This document shows positions 1 to 9,921 of a stretch of 64,000 nucleotides of DNA, piece by piece. The position numbers and the translations under genes were made by a program. The stretch covers positions 936-64,935 of the forward strand of contig JBHEMC010000011.1 of assembly GCA_046262775.1 (NCBI GenBank), in the 5' to 3' direction. Numbering within the stretch: position 1 is the stretch's first letter; each line of letters begins with the position of its first letter. The notes beneath the pieces are model-generated. The model was not told the origin of the DNA. It did no database searches and was given only the letters and a program-made list of their open reading frames with translations. The stretch is from Pyrinomonadaceae bacterium (GTDB lineage: Bacteria; Acidobacteriota; Blastocatellia; Pyrinomonadales; Pyrinomonadaceae).

Positions 1-53
1 TCGCATTAATCGCCAGGCGCCAACATCAAACTGCTGGATTCAATGTTCACTCT

Positions 54-515
54 TCACCTGACTCCCCACTCCCACAGTCCGTACGACACCTTCTTGTCTA
101 CAGGTTTGCCGGATTGTTTAAGTGAAAGCATGATCTGGCCGCGATGATGCGATTCGTGAGAAACGAGATAGCAGAGGAATGCCGCGACGTGAGGTTTGAA
201 GCCCTTCACTTTGCCGCCGTTCACCGCACTCTTTACAAGCAAATCTCCGACCGCCTTTGAGGAAGCTACCAGCGACTTACGCAGCAGCTTCCCGTCGCCT
301 GTCTCTTCAAGCTTTTTCAAACCCTTCAAGAGATCCGGCGCAGCAACCTTCAACCACATGAGCCGCACGTTGTGTAAATGAGCGAACTGTTCGCCAACAC
401 TGCGACCCTTTGATGCAGATTGGCATTTCAAACCATCAGAATCGATTGCGTCTAACAAATACAGATTGATCCGGTTGTTTATCTCCCAGCTGTCCGCAAA
501 TTGCCTTTCGTCCAT
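54..515 (-). CDS. DinB-family (DinB_2/YfiT-like) metal-binding protein
   Basis: Track ORF 54..719 trimmed to the internal ATG at 515 (MDERQFADSWEINN...). The upstream 68 codons overlap the end of the TolC-like gene and look non-coding. Histidine motifs FAHLHNVR and HESHHRGQI fit the DinB four-helix-bundle family. Confidence 0.6.
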   Translation of the reverse strand: MDERQFADSWEINNRINLYLLDAIDSDGLKCQSASKGRSVGEQFAHLHNVRLMWLKVAAPDLLKGLKKLEETGDGKLLRKSLVASSKAVGDLLVKSAVNGGKVKGFKPHVAAFLCYLVSHESHHRGQIMLSLKQSGKPVDKKVSYGLWEWGVR

Positions 516-609
516 ATCTGCCTTTCCACTGAAAAGGAAGACGGTGAGTTCGCCCTTTTGAGAGCTCACCGCCTGCGTGATGTGGTGTAACCAAATGGGA
601 ACAGTAGTA

Positions 610-2418
610 CTAGTGCACGCGCACCACGACGCTGTTGATCTGTAAAGCGTTCCCAGTTGCCCGTTGCAATTCGGCAATCGACTTGTTGAGATCCGTTTGC
701 GCGCGCAACTCATTCCCACGCGCTGTCGTTAAAGCGGTCTGACGCTCGAGTACAAGGAATACAGTCGATTGGCCCGCCTCCAACTTTCGCTGTTCGCTTG
801 TGTACTGTTGCTCACTTGCATCACGTGCGGCGACCGCGGCGCGTAATCTCGCCTCAGCACTCCGCATCGACTGCAAGGCATTACGCACGTCCACTTGTAT
901 AGTCTGCTCCAATTGTTCACGCTGGGTGGCAATCCGCTGACCTTCCACAATAGCGCGACCAAATTGAGCTTCGGCAGTCCGGTTGCGCAAAGGGAGATTG
1001 ATCTGTACACCAACTCTAAAGTTACTGAAACGGTTCGCGGCCAAATTCTGAATTGACTGCGCATAGCTGCCAATCAGTTCCGGAGAAATTGTTTGGGCAG
1101 GTGGCGGTGGTAAAGCGTCGAACCCTGAGTTAACCAGCAGCCGATTCACTGCGTCGCGCAATTGGACCGACGATGCCGTAAGCGGATTCACGCCGCTGCT
1201 GAGTGTTCCAGCGAGACCGACAATTCCGTAACTTCCGACCAAATCAACCGCAGGCTTTTCCTGCTCGCGAAAATATCGCTGGTCGATTTCATTGATCTCT
1301 TTCGCCACCGTTGATTGCTGAAGCTCTGGCCTGTTCTCCATCGCTGTCTTCAACGAGTCTGTCAAGGAAATCACCGGTACAACCAACTCGACAGCATCTG
1401 TCGGCACTATTGATTCACTCCACAGTTCCGACTGGCGGTTGACCGCGATTAAATTCTTCAGATTGTTCTCTGTACGCGAAACCTCCTCGAGTGCGCTAAA
1501 CACCGACTGTTCAAAACCGGAAATTTGGGCTTCCGCGGCCACGATGTCGATGGGCGCCAATTGCCCTTCCGCGACCATGCGTTTGTTATGTTCCAACTGC
1601 GAGCGTGCATCGCGGACCGCATCCCGCTGGATCTGCAGGTTTTTCAACGCAAATACAAGATCCCAGTATGCGCGCTGCACATTCGTGATCGTTTCAATCG
1701 CGCGTTGTCGAAATTGGGCGTCGGTGAGCGAGAGGTTCTTGCGAGCGATTTCTATCTGTCGCCGGCTGTTGTCGAATTTCAAACCGCGCAATAGCGGTTG
1801 CGTGTAGTTAAACGTCAGGGCCGTCGGATACTGGGGATTTAGCGCTGCGAATTGGTTGTTGGTGGTCAGCCTAATCGATGAAAAATCCAGATGATAACTA
1901 CCACCCAACTTCGGCAGTAGACCTTCTAAACGCGCAGTTCCGGTGTAATCCGTCTGCGTTGTAGAACCATTCGAGCCGCCACTCAAAAAACTCGAAATAG
2001 GATTCTCTAACCGTTCGTAGAATGATGTAGTTATCAGACGAGGGTCGTAAGCCCCACGCGAACCGAGCAGATCAAACTCCGCGATTCTCACGTTCTGCCG
2101 AGCAACTTCAATGTCTTTGTTGTTTTCCAGCGCCAGCGAAAGAGCCTCTCGCAGCGTCAATGGGTACTGGTGGTCCATGTCGACGCCGACTCGACCCAGT
2201 TCCGGTAGTGGCTTCTGTTGTGCGCGAAATTCTGAGGCAACCGCCGGAACAGCAAGCTGCTGCGTCTGGTCGCCTGTTGCAGAACTTGTTGGCTGCTGCT
2301 GTGCATAGCTGCTCGATGCAGTACTAGCAGTTAACGAGAACATCGCCATCACGACGAGACACGGTCGAACCATAGCCGCTCTGGATGTATGGATCAATTG
2401 AAAAAACTCTTGCTGCAT
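610..2418 (-). CDS. TolC-family outer membrane efflux protein (OMF)
   Basis: ORF 610..2538 trimmed to ATG 2418 (MQQEFF...; alternative ATG 2373 MVRPCLVVMAMFSL), which lies 18 nt after the RND stop. It has a hydrophobic signal-like N-terminus and two tandem Q/R/A/L-rich OEP-type repeats. It is the last gene of a TetR-MFP-RND-OMF operon. Confidence 0.8.
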   Translation of the reverse strand: MQQEFFQLIHTSRAAMVRPCLVVMAMFSLTASTASSSYAQQQPTSSATGDQTQQLAVPAVASEFRAQQKPLPELGRVGVDMDHQYPLTLREALSLALENNKDIEVARQNVRIAEFDLLGSRGAYDPRLITTSFYERLENPISSFLSGGSNGSTTQTDYTGTARLEGLLPKLGGSYHLDFSSIRLTTNNQFAALNPQYPTALTFNYTQPLLRGLKFDNSRRQIEIARKNLSLTDAQFRQRAIETITNVQRAYWDLVFALKNLQIQRDAVRDARSQLEHNKRMVAEGQLAPIDIVAAEAQISGFEQSVFSALEEVSRTENNLKNLIAVNRQSELWSESIVPTDAVELVVPVISLTDSLKTAMENRPELQQSTVAKEINEIDQRYFREQEKPAVDLVGSYGIVGLAGTLSSGVNPLTASSVQLRDAVNRLLVNSGFDALPPPPAQTISPELIGSYAQSIQNLAANRFSNFRVGVQINLPLRNRTAEAQFGRAIVEGQRIATQREQLEQTIQVDVRNALQSMRSAEARLRAAVAARDASEQQYTSEQRKLEAGQSTVFLVLERQTALTTARGNELRAQTDLNKSIAELQRATGNALQINSVVVRVH

Positions 2419-2435
2419 ATGGATTGATAAAAACC

Positions 2436-5400
2436 TCAATGCCTTGATATCAAACTGAATAAAGATGCAGTCGCGCTTGCGGCTTTTCGTCTCGCCCCGC
2501 CAAATATAGAAGTAGCAGTTGCACCGATTAGCCCCCACACACGACTCTTTGCTAAATCGTCAAAAAGTGAATAGAAAACTGGAACTGCAAGTAGCGTCAG
2601 CAGCAAACATAACGACTGCCCGCCGACGACCAGAATTCCGATGGATCTGTTTGTACCTGAACCGGGACCACTGGAAATCGTGAGCGGCAACATGCCTGCC
2701 ACGAGGGCGATCGTGGTCATCAGAATTGGTCGCAACCGATTGCGATTCGCGCGAATGATTGCCTCGAGGCGTTCCATGCCTCGCGCGCGTAACTGGTTCG
2801 TATGGTCGATTTGCAAGATCGCGTTCTTCTTAACCACACCAAACAACAACAGAAGCCCAAGGCCGGAAAAGACATTTACAGTTTGACCCGTAAACAGAAG
2901 TGAGACGATACCGAATGGAATGGCGAGTGGCAGCGTCAGTAGAATTGTTATCGGGTGAATAAAGGACTCGAACTGCGCAGCCAGCACCATGTACATGAAG
3001 ACGAACGATAGAACGAACGCGAGCATAAAGTAATAACCCGCACGTCCAAGTTCTTTTGAGCGCCCCGCGAGTCCGGTTTTATACGCAGGATCGATGTTTA
3101 TTTCCTTCGCAAATTCGTTCAGCTTCTGAATGACTGCTGCCTGCGAGCCGCCAGGCTTAACGTTACCAACCAACATCACCTGTCGCTGTCGGTTCAGGCG
3201 ATCGATCGCGGATGGACCTGTGCCCTCCTCAACCTTGACGACGTTGTCCAAACTCACCCAGCCGATTTTGGACGACGACACGATCATTCGTTTCAAACCT
3301 TCGACACTTGCACGAAATTCACCGATGGCTCGTACACGTACGTTGTATTGATCGGTGCCTGCGTTGAACGTCGAAACTTTTTGTCCCGCGACCAGCGTAT
3401 TCAACGCCTGCGCGATGTCGCCCACTCTGACACCCAGGTCAGCCGCTTTAGCACGATCGATTTCGACGCGCAACTCTGGTTTGCCGGTGATGAGGGTTGA
3501 GTCGGCATCGACCACATCTGGAATCGTCTTCAGTTTCGCCAGCAACGCGTCGGAGTACTCCGTCAGCTTCGCGAGGTCTGGCCCTCCAATGACGTATTGG
3601 ATGTCAGCATTGCGGAAGCCACCGCCGGAGATGGCCGCCACCTGTTGCACACTCGTGCGAAGTTCGTTCGGATGTTGCTTGAGATAGTTTCCGAGAATTT
3701 CGGACCGAGCGCGCAGCATCAAGGTCTGTTGCGATACTGAGCGCTCTTCAATCGGGGTTAGCTTCACATAAATGGAAGCCACGTTCACCTGTTCCTGCTG
3801 ACCGCCTCCTATTGTCGTCAAAGTATCGGTAACGCCGGAAAGTTTTCGTAAATCCGTAGCAAGGCGTTCCGCGACTGCTGATGTCGCAGCCAACGTGTAG
3901 CCTTCGGGAGCACGCACATTCACTTCAAACTGCGCCTGATCGTCCACCGGCAAGAAGTTCTTTCCAACAAACATGAACAAAGGGACGATGCTGACAATCA
4001 CGAACAAACACGCAAGTACGACTAGCCATCGATGCGCCATCGACCACGACAACATGCTCGTATATGTCCGATCTATGGGTCTGTAAAAACGAGATTCCTT
4101 TGAGCCGTGATCAGACGGTTCAGTTCGGCGCTCGAACCCGCCTTCGCGCTCGTCGTCGCTTCGTTTGATCATTCTAGCTGCCAACATTGGCGTCAGCGTG
4201 AACGACACAAGTAAGGAAACGGCGATGGCGAATGCTGATGTTAGTCCAAACGACGACATGAATCGACCGACGATGCCGCCCATGAATCCGACTGGCAGGA
4301 ATACTGCAAGTAGCGACAGTGTTGTGGCTGTTACCGCGAGTCCGATTTCACGCGTGCCATCGATCGCCGCCTGAAATGGAGGGATTCCCTTTTCTTCGAT
4401 GAAACGGAAAATATTTTCCAGTACGACAATCGCATCATCGATAACAATACCGACCATCAGAGTTAGTGCCAGCATCGTGATCTGATTTAACGTGAACCCC
4501 ATCGCCGCCATCAACCCGAAGGTCGCGATCAGCGAAGTTGGAATCGCGATTGCCGCGATCACCGTCGAACGAAAGCTCCAAAGGAAGATAAAAACTACGA
4601 TGGCCGCGAGAATGCTGCCTTCGATCAGGTGGGTCTGAATCGCTTCTATTGAAGCTTTAATAAATATTGACTGGTCACCAACCACCTCTGTCTTGAACCC
4701 TGGAGGCAACGTGAGACTAATCTCTTTCAGCCGCTCTTTCACTGCGTCGGCTACAGCAACTGTGTTTTGACCGGATTGCTTCGACACAACCAGGGTTACA
4801 GCAGGCTGCCCATTAAGACGCGCCTCAGTACGTGGTTCCTCCGCGCCGTCCTCTGCATAACCAACGTCACTGAGTTTGACTGCGTAGGTACCGCGATTGG
4901 CAACAATCAGTTCATTGAAATCGAGGGGTTCTACAATTCGTCCCATCGTCCGCACTGTTAATTCTCGCGCGCCTTCGTCGACACGGCCCCCAGGCACTTC
5001 CATATTCTGCGCACGGACAGCATCTGCTATCTGCGCGACCGTGACATTGAATGCACGCAGTTTGTCGGGATCGACCCAGATTTCAATCTCACGCGTGCGC
5101 CCGCCAACCATTTGCACATCGCCGACACCATTAATGGATTCAATTTGCTGCTTGATTTTCTTGTCGGCGACGTCAGTCACTTCACGTAGCGATCGAGGGG
5201 CAGAGACAGCGATGCGAACTACAGGAGCAGCGTCGGTGTCGAGCTTTTGCACGATCGGTTGCTCTGCCGTAACGGGGAGATCGTTAACGATTAGATCGAT
5301 CTTGTTACGCACTTCCTGTGCAGCGATGTCGGGGTTTTTTTCCAGAATGAAGGTTATAAAAACCTGTGAAACACCTTCTACGGATGTTGAGCGGAGTTCG

Positions 5401-5636
5401 TCAATTCCGGCTATCGTATTTACCGCTCCTTCGATCTTATCTGTTATCTCGGTTTCAATTTCCTGCGGCGATGCACCGGGATTGACGACCGTTACAGTGA
5501 TCGTTGGCAGATCGATCTTTGGGAAAAGATCCACGCCCAGCGACTTGTATGAGAACAGCCCGACAACAGTCAGACTGAGGATAAGCATCGTTGCGAAGAC
5601 CGGACGCCGAACGCAAATTTCAGCTAGTTTTTGCAT
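2436..5636 (-). CDS. RND efflux transporter permease (AcrB/HAE-type)
   Basis: 1066-aa ORF. The N-terminus MQKLAEICVRRPVFATMLILSLTVVGLFSY..LGVDLFPKIDLPTITV is the canonical AcrB-family start. Hydrophobic blocks alternate with two large soluble loops. It is flanked by adaptor and OMF genes. Confidence 0.9.
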   Translation of the reverse strand: MQKLAEICVRRPVFATMLILSLTVVGLFSYKSLGVDLFPKIDLPTITVTVVNPGASPQEIETEITDKIEGAVNTIAGIDELRSTSVEGVSQVFITFILEKNPDIAAQEVRNKIDLIVNDLPVTAEQPIVQKLDTDAAPVVRIAVSAPRSLREVTDVADKKIKQQIESINGVGDVQMVGGRTREIEIWVDPDKLRAFNVTVAQIADAVRAQNMEVPGGRVDEGARELTVRTMGRIVEPLDFNELIVANRGTYAVKLSDVGYAEDGAEEPRTEARLNGQPAVTLVVSKQSGQNTVAVADAVKERLKEISLTLPPGFKTEVVGDQSIFIKASIEAIQTHLIEGSILAAIVVFIFLWSFRSTVIAAIAIPTSLIATFGLMAAMGFTLNQITMLALTLMVGIVIDDAIVVLENIFRFIEEKGIPPFQAAIDGTREIGLAVTATTLSLLAVFLPVGFMGGIVGRFMSSFGLTSAFAIAVSLLVSFTLTPMLAARMIKRSDDEREGGFERRTEPSDHGSKESRFYRPIDRTYTSMLSWSMAHRWLVVLACLFVIVSIVPLFMFVGKNFLPVDDQAQFEVNVRAPEGYTLAATSAVAERLATDLRKLSGVTDTLTTIGGGQQEQVNVASIYVKLTPIEERSVSQQTLMLRARSEILGNYLKQHPNELRTSVQQVAAISGGGFRNADIQYVIGGPDLAKLTEYSDALLAKLKTIPDVVDADSTLITGKPELRVEIDRAKAADLGVRVGDIAQALNTLVAGQKVSTFNAGTDQYNVRVRAIGEFRASVEGLKRMIVSSSKIGWVSLDNVVKVEEGTGPSAIDRLNRQRQVMLVGNVKPGGSQAAVIQKLNEFAKEINIDPAYKTGLAGRSKELGRAGYYFMLAFVLSFVFMYMVLAAQFESFIHPITILLTLPLAIPFGIVSLLFTGQTVNVFSGLGLLLLFGVVKKNAILQIDHTNQLRARGMERLEAIIRANRNRLRPILMTTIALVAGMLPLTISSGPGSGTNRSIGILVVGGQSLCLLLTLLAVPVFYSLFDDLAKSRVWGLIGATATSIFGGARRKAASATASLFSLISRH

Positions 5637-5663
5637 AAAATAACTACGCTCTTCGGACGACTT

Positions 5664-6920
5664 CTATTGCCCAACAGCCAGACCGTCACTGAGTTGCTCA
5701 ACATTACTCGTTGCAACTAACTCGTCAGCCATAACCCCCGATTTAATCTGCACCAAATCACCCTCCTTTTGTCCGACCTGGACCAACCGCTGCTCGGAAT
5801 GTCCATCCTTGATCACAAAAACGCGGCTGACGCCTGACTCTGTGAGCAGGGCCCGTGACGGAACCAATACGGCGGCAATCGGACGAGGCTGGAGGATGCG
5901 AACGGTCGCAAACTGCCCGGGCTTCAGAGCACCTGAACTGTTATCAATCTCGGCCTCGACTGTCAGCGTGCGAGAAGTGGAAGAAACATTTGGAGCAATA
6001 CGCGCGACGCGTCCATTGAAGGTTTTGTCGGGCCACGCACTTGTTGTCATCGATACCGATTGGCCGACATGAATCTCAGCGATTGCCTGCTCGGGAATAT
6101 CGATGCGGACTCGCAATGGGTTGATACGAACAATCGTCGCCACCTTCTGTTGCGGCGATACGTACTCACCAGGGTCGGCGGTTCGTTCGACAACGTAGCC
6201 ATCGATGGGCGAAGCAATAACGGCGTATGACAAGCTTTTTCGCGCGAGTGCCAACTGTGCCTCTGCATTCGCGACGTTGGTTCTCGCAACTTCTACGGCC
6301 GCATAGTTCTGTCGGGCCTGGGCGAGAATCGCGTCGTGCTGCTGTTGCAGTTGATCTCGCTGTGCTTTTTGCTGATCGTAGAAAGAACGCGACACGTCTC
6401 CTGATTCGATCAACTTCTCGGCACGCTTCATATTCTTTTCGGCGAGATCCAGGGCTACTCTTGCTGCAGCTACTTCGGCAACCCGATTCGGGTCAAACGT
6501 CTGTCCCGGCCTCAACCCAATTTTTTCTTCGGCTTGTCGCACGGCAGCTTTGGTTTGCTCGAGTTGTGCAACTGACTGGTCGACTCGCAGCTTCAACTCC
6601 GAATCATCGAGACGGACAATCATTTGGCCCCGCTTCACATAACTGCCGATATCGATCCCGAGTGCAACAACTTTTCCCGAAGTTTGTGGCGCAACATCGG
6701 TCTGTTCATCGCCTGCCAGGCTACCTGTTGCTTCAAAGAATGAGGGAAGCTCGCGCGAGATTGCCGCGGCTGTAGTCACTTCTACTGCAGTCGCTGGCGC
6801 AGCAGCATTAGCCTCATGGCGAACATTTGCTTTGGAGCCTCCACACGAGATGGCAAAAACGGCAAGTGCTGAAGACAGGAGCATCAAGCCGAGAGACTTT
6901 AACTGGCTGGGAGATAACAT
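5664..6920 (-). CDS. RND efflux periplasmic adaptor (MFP/HlyD family)
   Basis: 418 aa with a signal/lipoprotein-like N-terminus (LLSSALAVFAISCGG). It has a central coiled-coil hairpin (QLEQTKAAVRQAEEK...QLALARKSL) and a beta-barrel motif ASPIDGYVVERTADPGEYV. It sits immediately upstream of the RND gene. Confidence 0.85.
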   Translation of the reverse strand: MLSPSQLKSLGLMLLSSALAVFAISCGGSKANVRHEANAAAPATAVEVTTAAAISRELPSFFEATGSLAGDEQTDVAPQTSGKVVALGIDIGSYVKRGQMIVRLDDSELKLRVDQSVAQLEQTKAAVRQAEEKIGLRPGQTFDPNRVAEVAAARVALDLAEKNMKRAEKLIESGDVSRSFYDQQKAQRDQLQQQHDAILAQARQNYAAVEVARTNVANAEAQLALARKSLSYAVIASPIDGYVVERTADPGEYVSPQQKVATIVRINPLRVRIDIPEQAIAEIHVGQSVSMTTSAWPDKTFNGRVARIAPNVSSTSRTLTVEAEIDNSSGALKPGQFATVRILQPRPIAAVLVPSRALLTESGVSRVFVIKDGHSEQRLVQVGQKEGDLVQIKSGVMADELVATSNVEQLSDGLAVGQ

Positions 6921-6943
6921 GTTCGTTGATTATTCCTGGCTAT

Positions 6944-7639
6944 TTATTTTTGCGTTTCGGAAAGCGCTTTGATGTTTTGACGATCCGAAGCGATGCCGTG
7001 CAGCAAAATGTAAGTAAACTGCTTCGCAGCAGTCTCGTTCGAGACAGTTAGTAGTCTTCGTTTTGGATCCCACAGATTGTTGTTGAGCGAATGATGCATA
7101 ACCATGCCGATAAATGCGCGAACTACCACGGCTGGATCGACTTGAACGAGCGCACCCTGTTTTTGCCGGCGTCTTATGTAATCACCAAGTGAGTCATAAA
7201 CTCTGCGTACAAATTCGTCGAAAAACATCTGCGCGAGCTCGTGCTTCTCCAGTGCCGAATGAAGCAGGAGTCGCTGGAATTCCGGATCCTTTTCGTGATG
7301 CTGCAAAGCGCCGAGTGCCAGGCCTTCAAAAACGGCCTGATCGTCCTGGCGCTCCAACGCGTCAGCGAGAATACACGCAGGGTCGAACGCGCCGCCGGAG
7401 CAAGCTTTATGGTCGAGGATAGCGGCGTACAGCTCTTCTTTGGTTGCGAAGTGCCGGAACACCATAGCCTCGGAAACACCAGCCGCGTGAGCAATCTCCT
7501 TGGTTGTGGTACCGCGGAATCCTCTTTCGGAGAACAAGCTTTCAGCGATAATCAGGATCTGTAAGCGTCGCTTTTCTCCAGCCATACGCGTCAACGTGCC
7601 GCCAGCAGGCTGTTCGTGGTGCGAAATATGTTTACTCAC
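6944..7639 (-). CDS. TetR/AcrR-family transcriptional regulator
   Basis: 231 aa with an N-terminal HTH, GFRGTTTKEIAHAAGVSEAMVFRHFATKEELY. It is the first gene of the efflux operon, and a 16-bp palindrome lies 33 nt upstream. Confidence 0.85.
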   Translation of the reverse strand: MSKHISHHEQPAGGTLTRMAGEKRRLQILIIAESLFSERGFRGTTTKEIAHAAGVSEAMVFRHFATKEELYAAILDHKACSGGAFDPACILADALERQDDQAVFEGLALGALQHHEKDPEFQRLLLHSALEKHELAQMFFDEFVRRVYDSLGDYIRRRQKQGALVQVDPAVVVRAFIGMVMHHSLNNNLWDPKRRLLTVSNETAAKQFTYILLHGIASDRQNIKALSETQK

Positions 7640-7671
7640 TCAGTTTTTGAAGGTCTCTTTCTTATCGGTCA

Positions 7672-7687
7672 AAGTAAGTACTTACTT
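7672..7687. promoter_or_regulatory. Perfect 16-bp palindrome AAGTAAGTACTTACTT, candidate TetR operator
   Basis: Read directly from the sequence and self-complementary over all 16 nt. It lies 33-48 nt upstream of the TetR start codon (7639, minus strand) in the divergent intergenic region. Confidence 0.5.
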
Positions 7688-8037
7688 ACCATTACTAAGA
7701 ATGTGCTGTCAAGCGGGCAAATGTCGAATCCGACGAGATAGTGGGTCACGCCGAGACTAGAGACCCGCAATCCCGCCGGACTAACGTCCATCGAGAGCTA
7801 AATCCACATATACGACGACGCTTGTACGCTGCACTGGTGATGTCGCTCAAGCGTTGTACTGAACTCGACCTGTTACTCAAACAAGCTTGTACCCTTTCGC
7901 AACAAGAGCGCGACATGGACACAAAATTTTTATTGATAAATGTAATTGACATGCCCGGTTAGTTATTACGGAGGTCGGCACATGTCTTGCTCAACCGTGA
8001 ACGGAAAGCTCTGACGATTAAAAGGAGGAATTCTGCA

Positions 8038-8352
8038 ATGCCAGAAAATGGAAGTCTCAACGAAACACCCACCGGTGCAGCAACAGGTTCGGCAGCCGCT
8101 ACTGCGTCCGGATTTGCGCAAACCGCGCAAGATTACGGTCAAAAGATTACCGAGGTCGCGACACAAGCAAAAGATTATGTGAGTGACAAAGTTGCTGTAG
8201 TTGGCGACAAAATTAAGGACCTTCAAAACGTCGATCTCGGGGAACTTGCAGAAAACGCAAAAGAGTATGCGCGGCGAAAACCGGGTCAGGCGATCCTGAT
8301 TTCTGCGGCCGCAGGCTTGTTACTCGGGCTGGCAATCCGGGGCCGTAGGTAG
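8038..8352 (+). CDS. YqjD/ElaB/YgaM-like (DUF883) tail-anchored stress protein
   Basis: ORF 7987..8352 trimmed to ATG 8038, which is preceded by AAAGGAGGAATTCTGCA. The protein has a hydrophilic helical body (QDYGQKITEVATQAKDYVSDKVAVVGDKIKD) and a C-terminal anchor RRKPGQAILISAAAGLLLGLAIRGRR typical of DUF883. Confidence 0.65.
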   Translation: MPENGSLNETPTGAATGSAAATASGFAQTAQDYGQKITEVATQAKDYVSDKVAVVGDKIKDLQNVDLGELAENAKEYARRKPGQAILISAAAGLLLGLAIRGRR

Positions 8353-8391
8353 TGAACTGCGGAAGATCATTTTTAACAGGGGGGAACAAAG

Positions 8392-8835
8392 ATGGCGGCG
8401 ACCAGGGACAGTTTGATTGTGACGGGCGCACCTGACACAGAAAGTTTGCCGGGTTTGCTGACCCGATTGGGCGACGACGTGATGCAGCTCATCAACACGC
8501 AGCTTACGTTGTTCAAAGTTGAAATAAAGGAGGAAGCGAGCGCCTACATCCGTAGTGCGATCGTGATTGGTGCCGGAGCCGTCGTTGCGGCTATTGGATT
8601 CGCTTTACTGAATGTGGCTATTGCATTCGGAGTCTCGACTCTTTTTGCTCAGGCGAATTTGAGTCAGCCGGCGAGCTACGCACTCGGATTTGTAATTACC
8701 GGAATATTCTACCTGATTGTTGGTGGAATCATGGTGATGGCGATCAAAAGCCGACTTGCGAAACAACCTCTCGTGCCAAACAGAACCGTAGAAGAACTCA
8801 GAAAGGATAAGCAATGGCTGAAGAACGAACTCTAG
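8392..8835 (+). CDS. YqjE-like membrane protein (DUF1469 / 'phage holin family' annotation class)
   Basis: 147 aa with an N-terminal amphipathic helix (LINTQLTLFKVEIKEEASAY) followed by two long hydrophobic segments. It directly follows a DUF883 gene, as in E. coli yqjD-yqjE. Confidence 0.55.
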   Translation: MAATRDSLIVTGAPDTESLPGLLTRLGDDVMQLINTQLTLFKVEIKEEASAYIRSAIVIGAGAVVAAIGFALLNVAIAFGVSTLFAQANLSQPASYALGFVITGIFYLIVGGIMVMAIKSRLAKQPLVPNRTVEELRKDKQWLKNEL

Positions 8836-9524
8836 GATTGGCTCGGGCGCCTGAATCTACTGAAGACGTCTCGAAAGAAGATCTTCAGCGGCGGATGGAT
8901 CAAGCGCGCCATTCAATCTCAAACACAGTAACGGAGATCAAGGAAACAGTGGCAAATCAAGTGCAGGCAGTGAAAGATACTCTCGATTGGCGCGAGCAAT
9001 ACAGGAGGAGACCCGCAGCGTGGAGCCTCGGAGCACTCGGCGTCGGATTCGTTGCCGGATACGGTATCGCAGCAGCAATTAAAGGCGACGGAAATGGCCA
9101 TGCTGTCGAGGGGCATACTTTCGATCTGTCATCATCGACCACACGCGCGTACGCAGCGCAGCCAATCATTGGCGAGCCCGCAAGTGTGCGGTCACCTGCG
9201 GAAGCGAAGTTGGATACATTCGATGAAACAGACGAAGAGGAAGATGCTGGACCGGGGATATTTGAGCGATTAACTACGACTCCTGCTTATGATCGAGTAC
9301 GCCACGAAGTTGCCGGCATTGGAAATAATTTGCTCGAGGAGTTATCGAAAACCGCGAAAAGTGTGGTGATACCGGCGCTGATCAAATCGCTGAAAGATTT
9401 TCTCGGCGGACGTCTACCTGGGGCTGAAAACAAACCGGCTTCAGGTACAGCACAATCCGGCGCAGGGCCATCGGACCGTGCTGGTTCGTCGTATCAACCA
9501 GTGCTAGATCACAACGGAACGTAG
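8814..9524 (+). CDS. Membrane protein, DUF3618-like N-terminus, acidic/disordered C-terminus
   Basis: 236 aa, with a 22-nt overlap with the preceding gene. It has an N-terminal helix DLQRRMDQARHSISNTVTEIKETVANQV and one TM segment (AAWSLGALGVGFVAGYGIAAAI). It is the third member of the yqjD-like cluster. Confidence 0.45.
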   Translation: MAEERTLGLARAPESTEDVSKEDLQRRMDQARHSISNTVTEIKETVANQVQAVKDTLDWREQYRRRPAAWSLGALGVGFVAGYGIAAAIKGDGNGHAVEGHTFDLSSSTTRAYAAQPIIGEPASVRSPAEAKLDTFDETDEEEDAGPGIFERLTTTPAYDRVRHEVAGIGNNLLEELSKTAKSVVIPALIKSLKDFLGGRLPGAENKPASGTAQSGAGPSDRAGSSYQPVLDHNGT

Positions 9525-9744
9525 TTAACTGACGCAAACGTAGCGCTGCTTACGGGTAGGCCACGAGCGACAGTTCAGAACTGATTGGGTTCTTTGTGTA
9601 GAAACCCTGCCCCGGGCGTTCGCCACGCAGACCTACCGGGGACGTTGCTACAAAGCAGATATAACCGGATAAAGCAGGTGAATGGTTCGCACGTGCGATA
9701 GCAATTAATCCCGGATCTTGAGGAGGGGTGGAGGTTTTTATTTC

Positions 9745-9921
9745 CCCCGCCAGAACACATCAGGGGTTTGGCGGGGATTTTAGGGAATGCCGCCGGGACG
9801 TAACGGTAATAAGTTAAGGCGCTATGTTGTAAGTTACATCGTTACCGGCGGCCGTAAGATCAATAGCACAGGAGCGTGGTGACTGAACTGCGTCGCAGAA
9901 ATCGCCGAGGCTCCTGTTTTT
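9745..9921 (+). ncRNA. Candidate structured RNA or stacked terminator hairpins (unclassified)
   Basis: Three consecutive strong hairpins are visible. The first is CCCCGCCA(9745-9752)/TGGCGGGG(9769-9776)+ATTTTA. The second is a 13-bp bulged stem, GCCGCCGG..TAACG(9789-9805)/CGTTACCGGCGGC(9840-9852). The third is ACAGGAGC(9868-9875)/GCTCCTGT(9910-9917) followed by TTTTT. No credible ORF overlaps them. Confidence 0.25.

Noticed and set aside
4897-5643. Long antisense ORFs in the track: 4897-5643 (+), 6227-6775 (+), 11534-12124 (+), 17812-18489 (-), 20859-21452 (-), 29830-30348 (-), 33592-34107 (-), 34129-34773 (-), 54458-54961 (+).
   Set aside because: Each lies entirely inside and opposite a well-supported gene. 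They have Arg/Ser/Cys-rich, low-complexity translations typical of antisense frames in GC-moderate DNA, and no recognisable motifs.
8392-8835. A protein of the 'phage holin family' type as a sign of a prophage lysis cassette.
   Set aside because: There is no endolysin, spanin, capsid or integrase gene nearby. The context (DUF883 upstream, DUF3618-like downstream) matches the chromosomal yqjD-yqjE stress locus.
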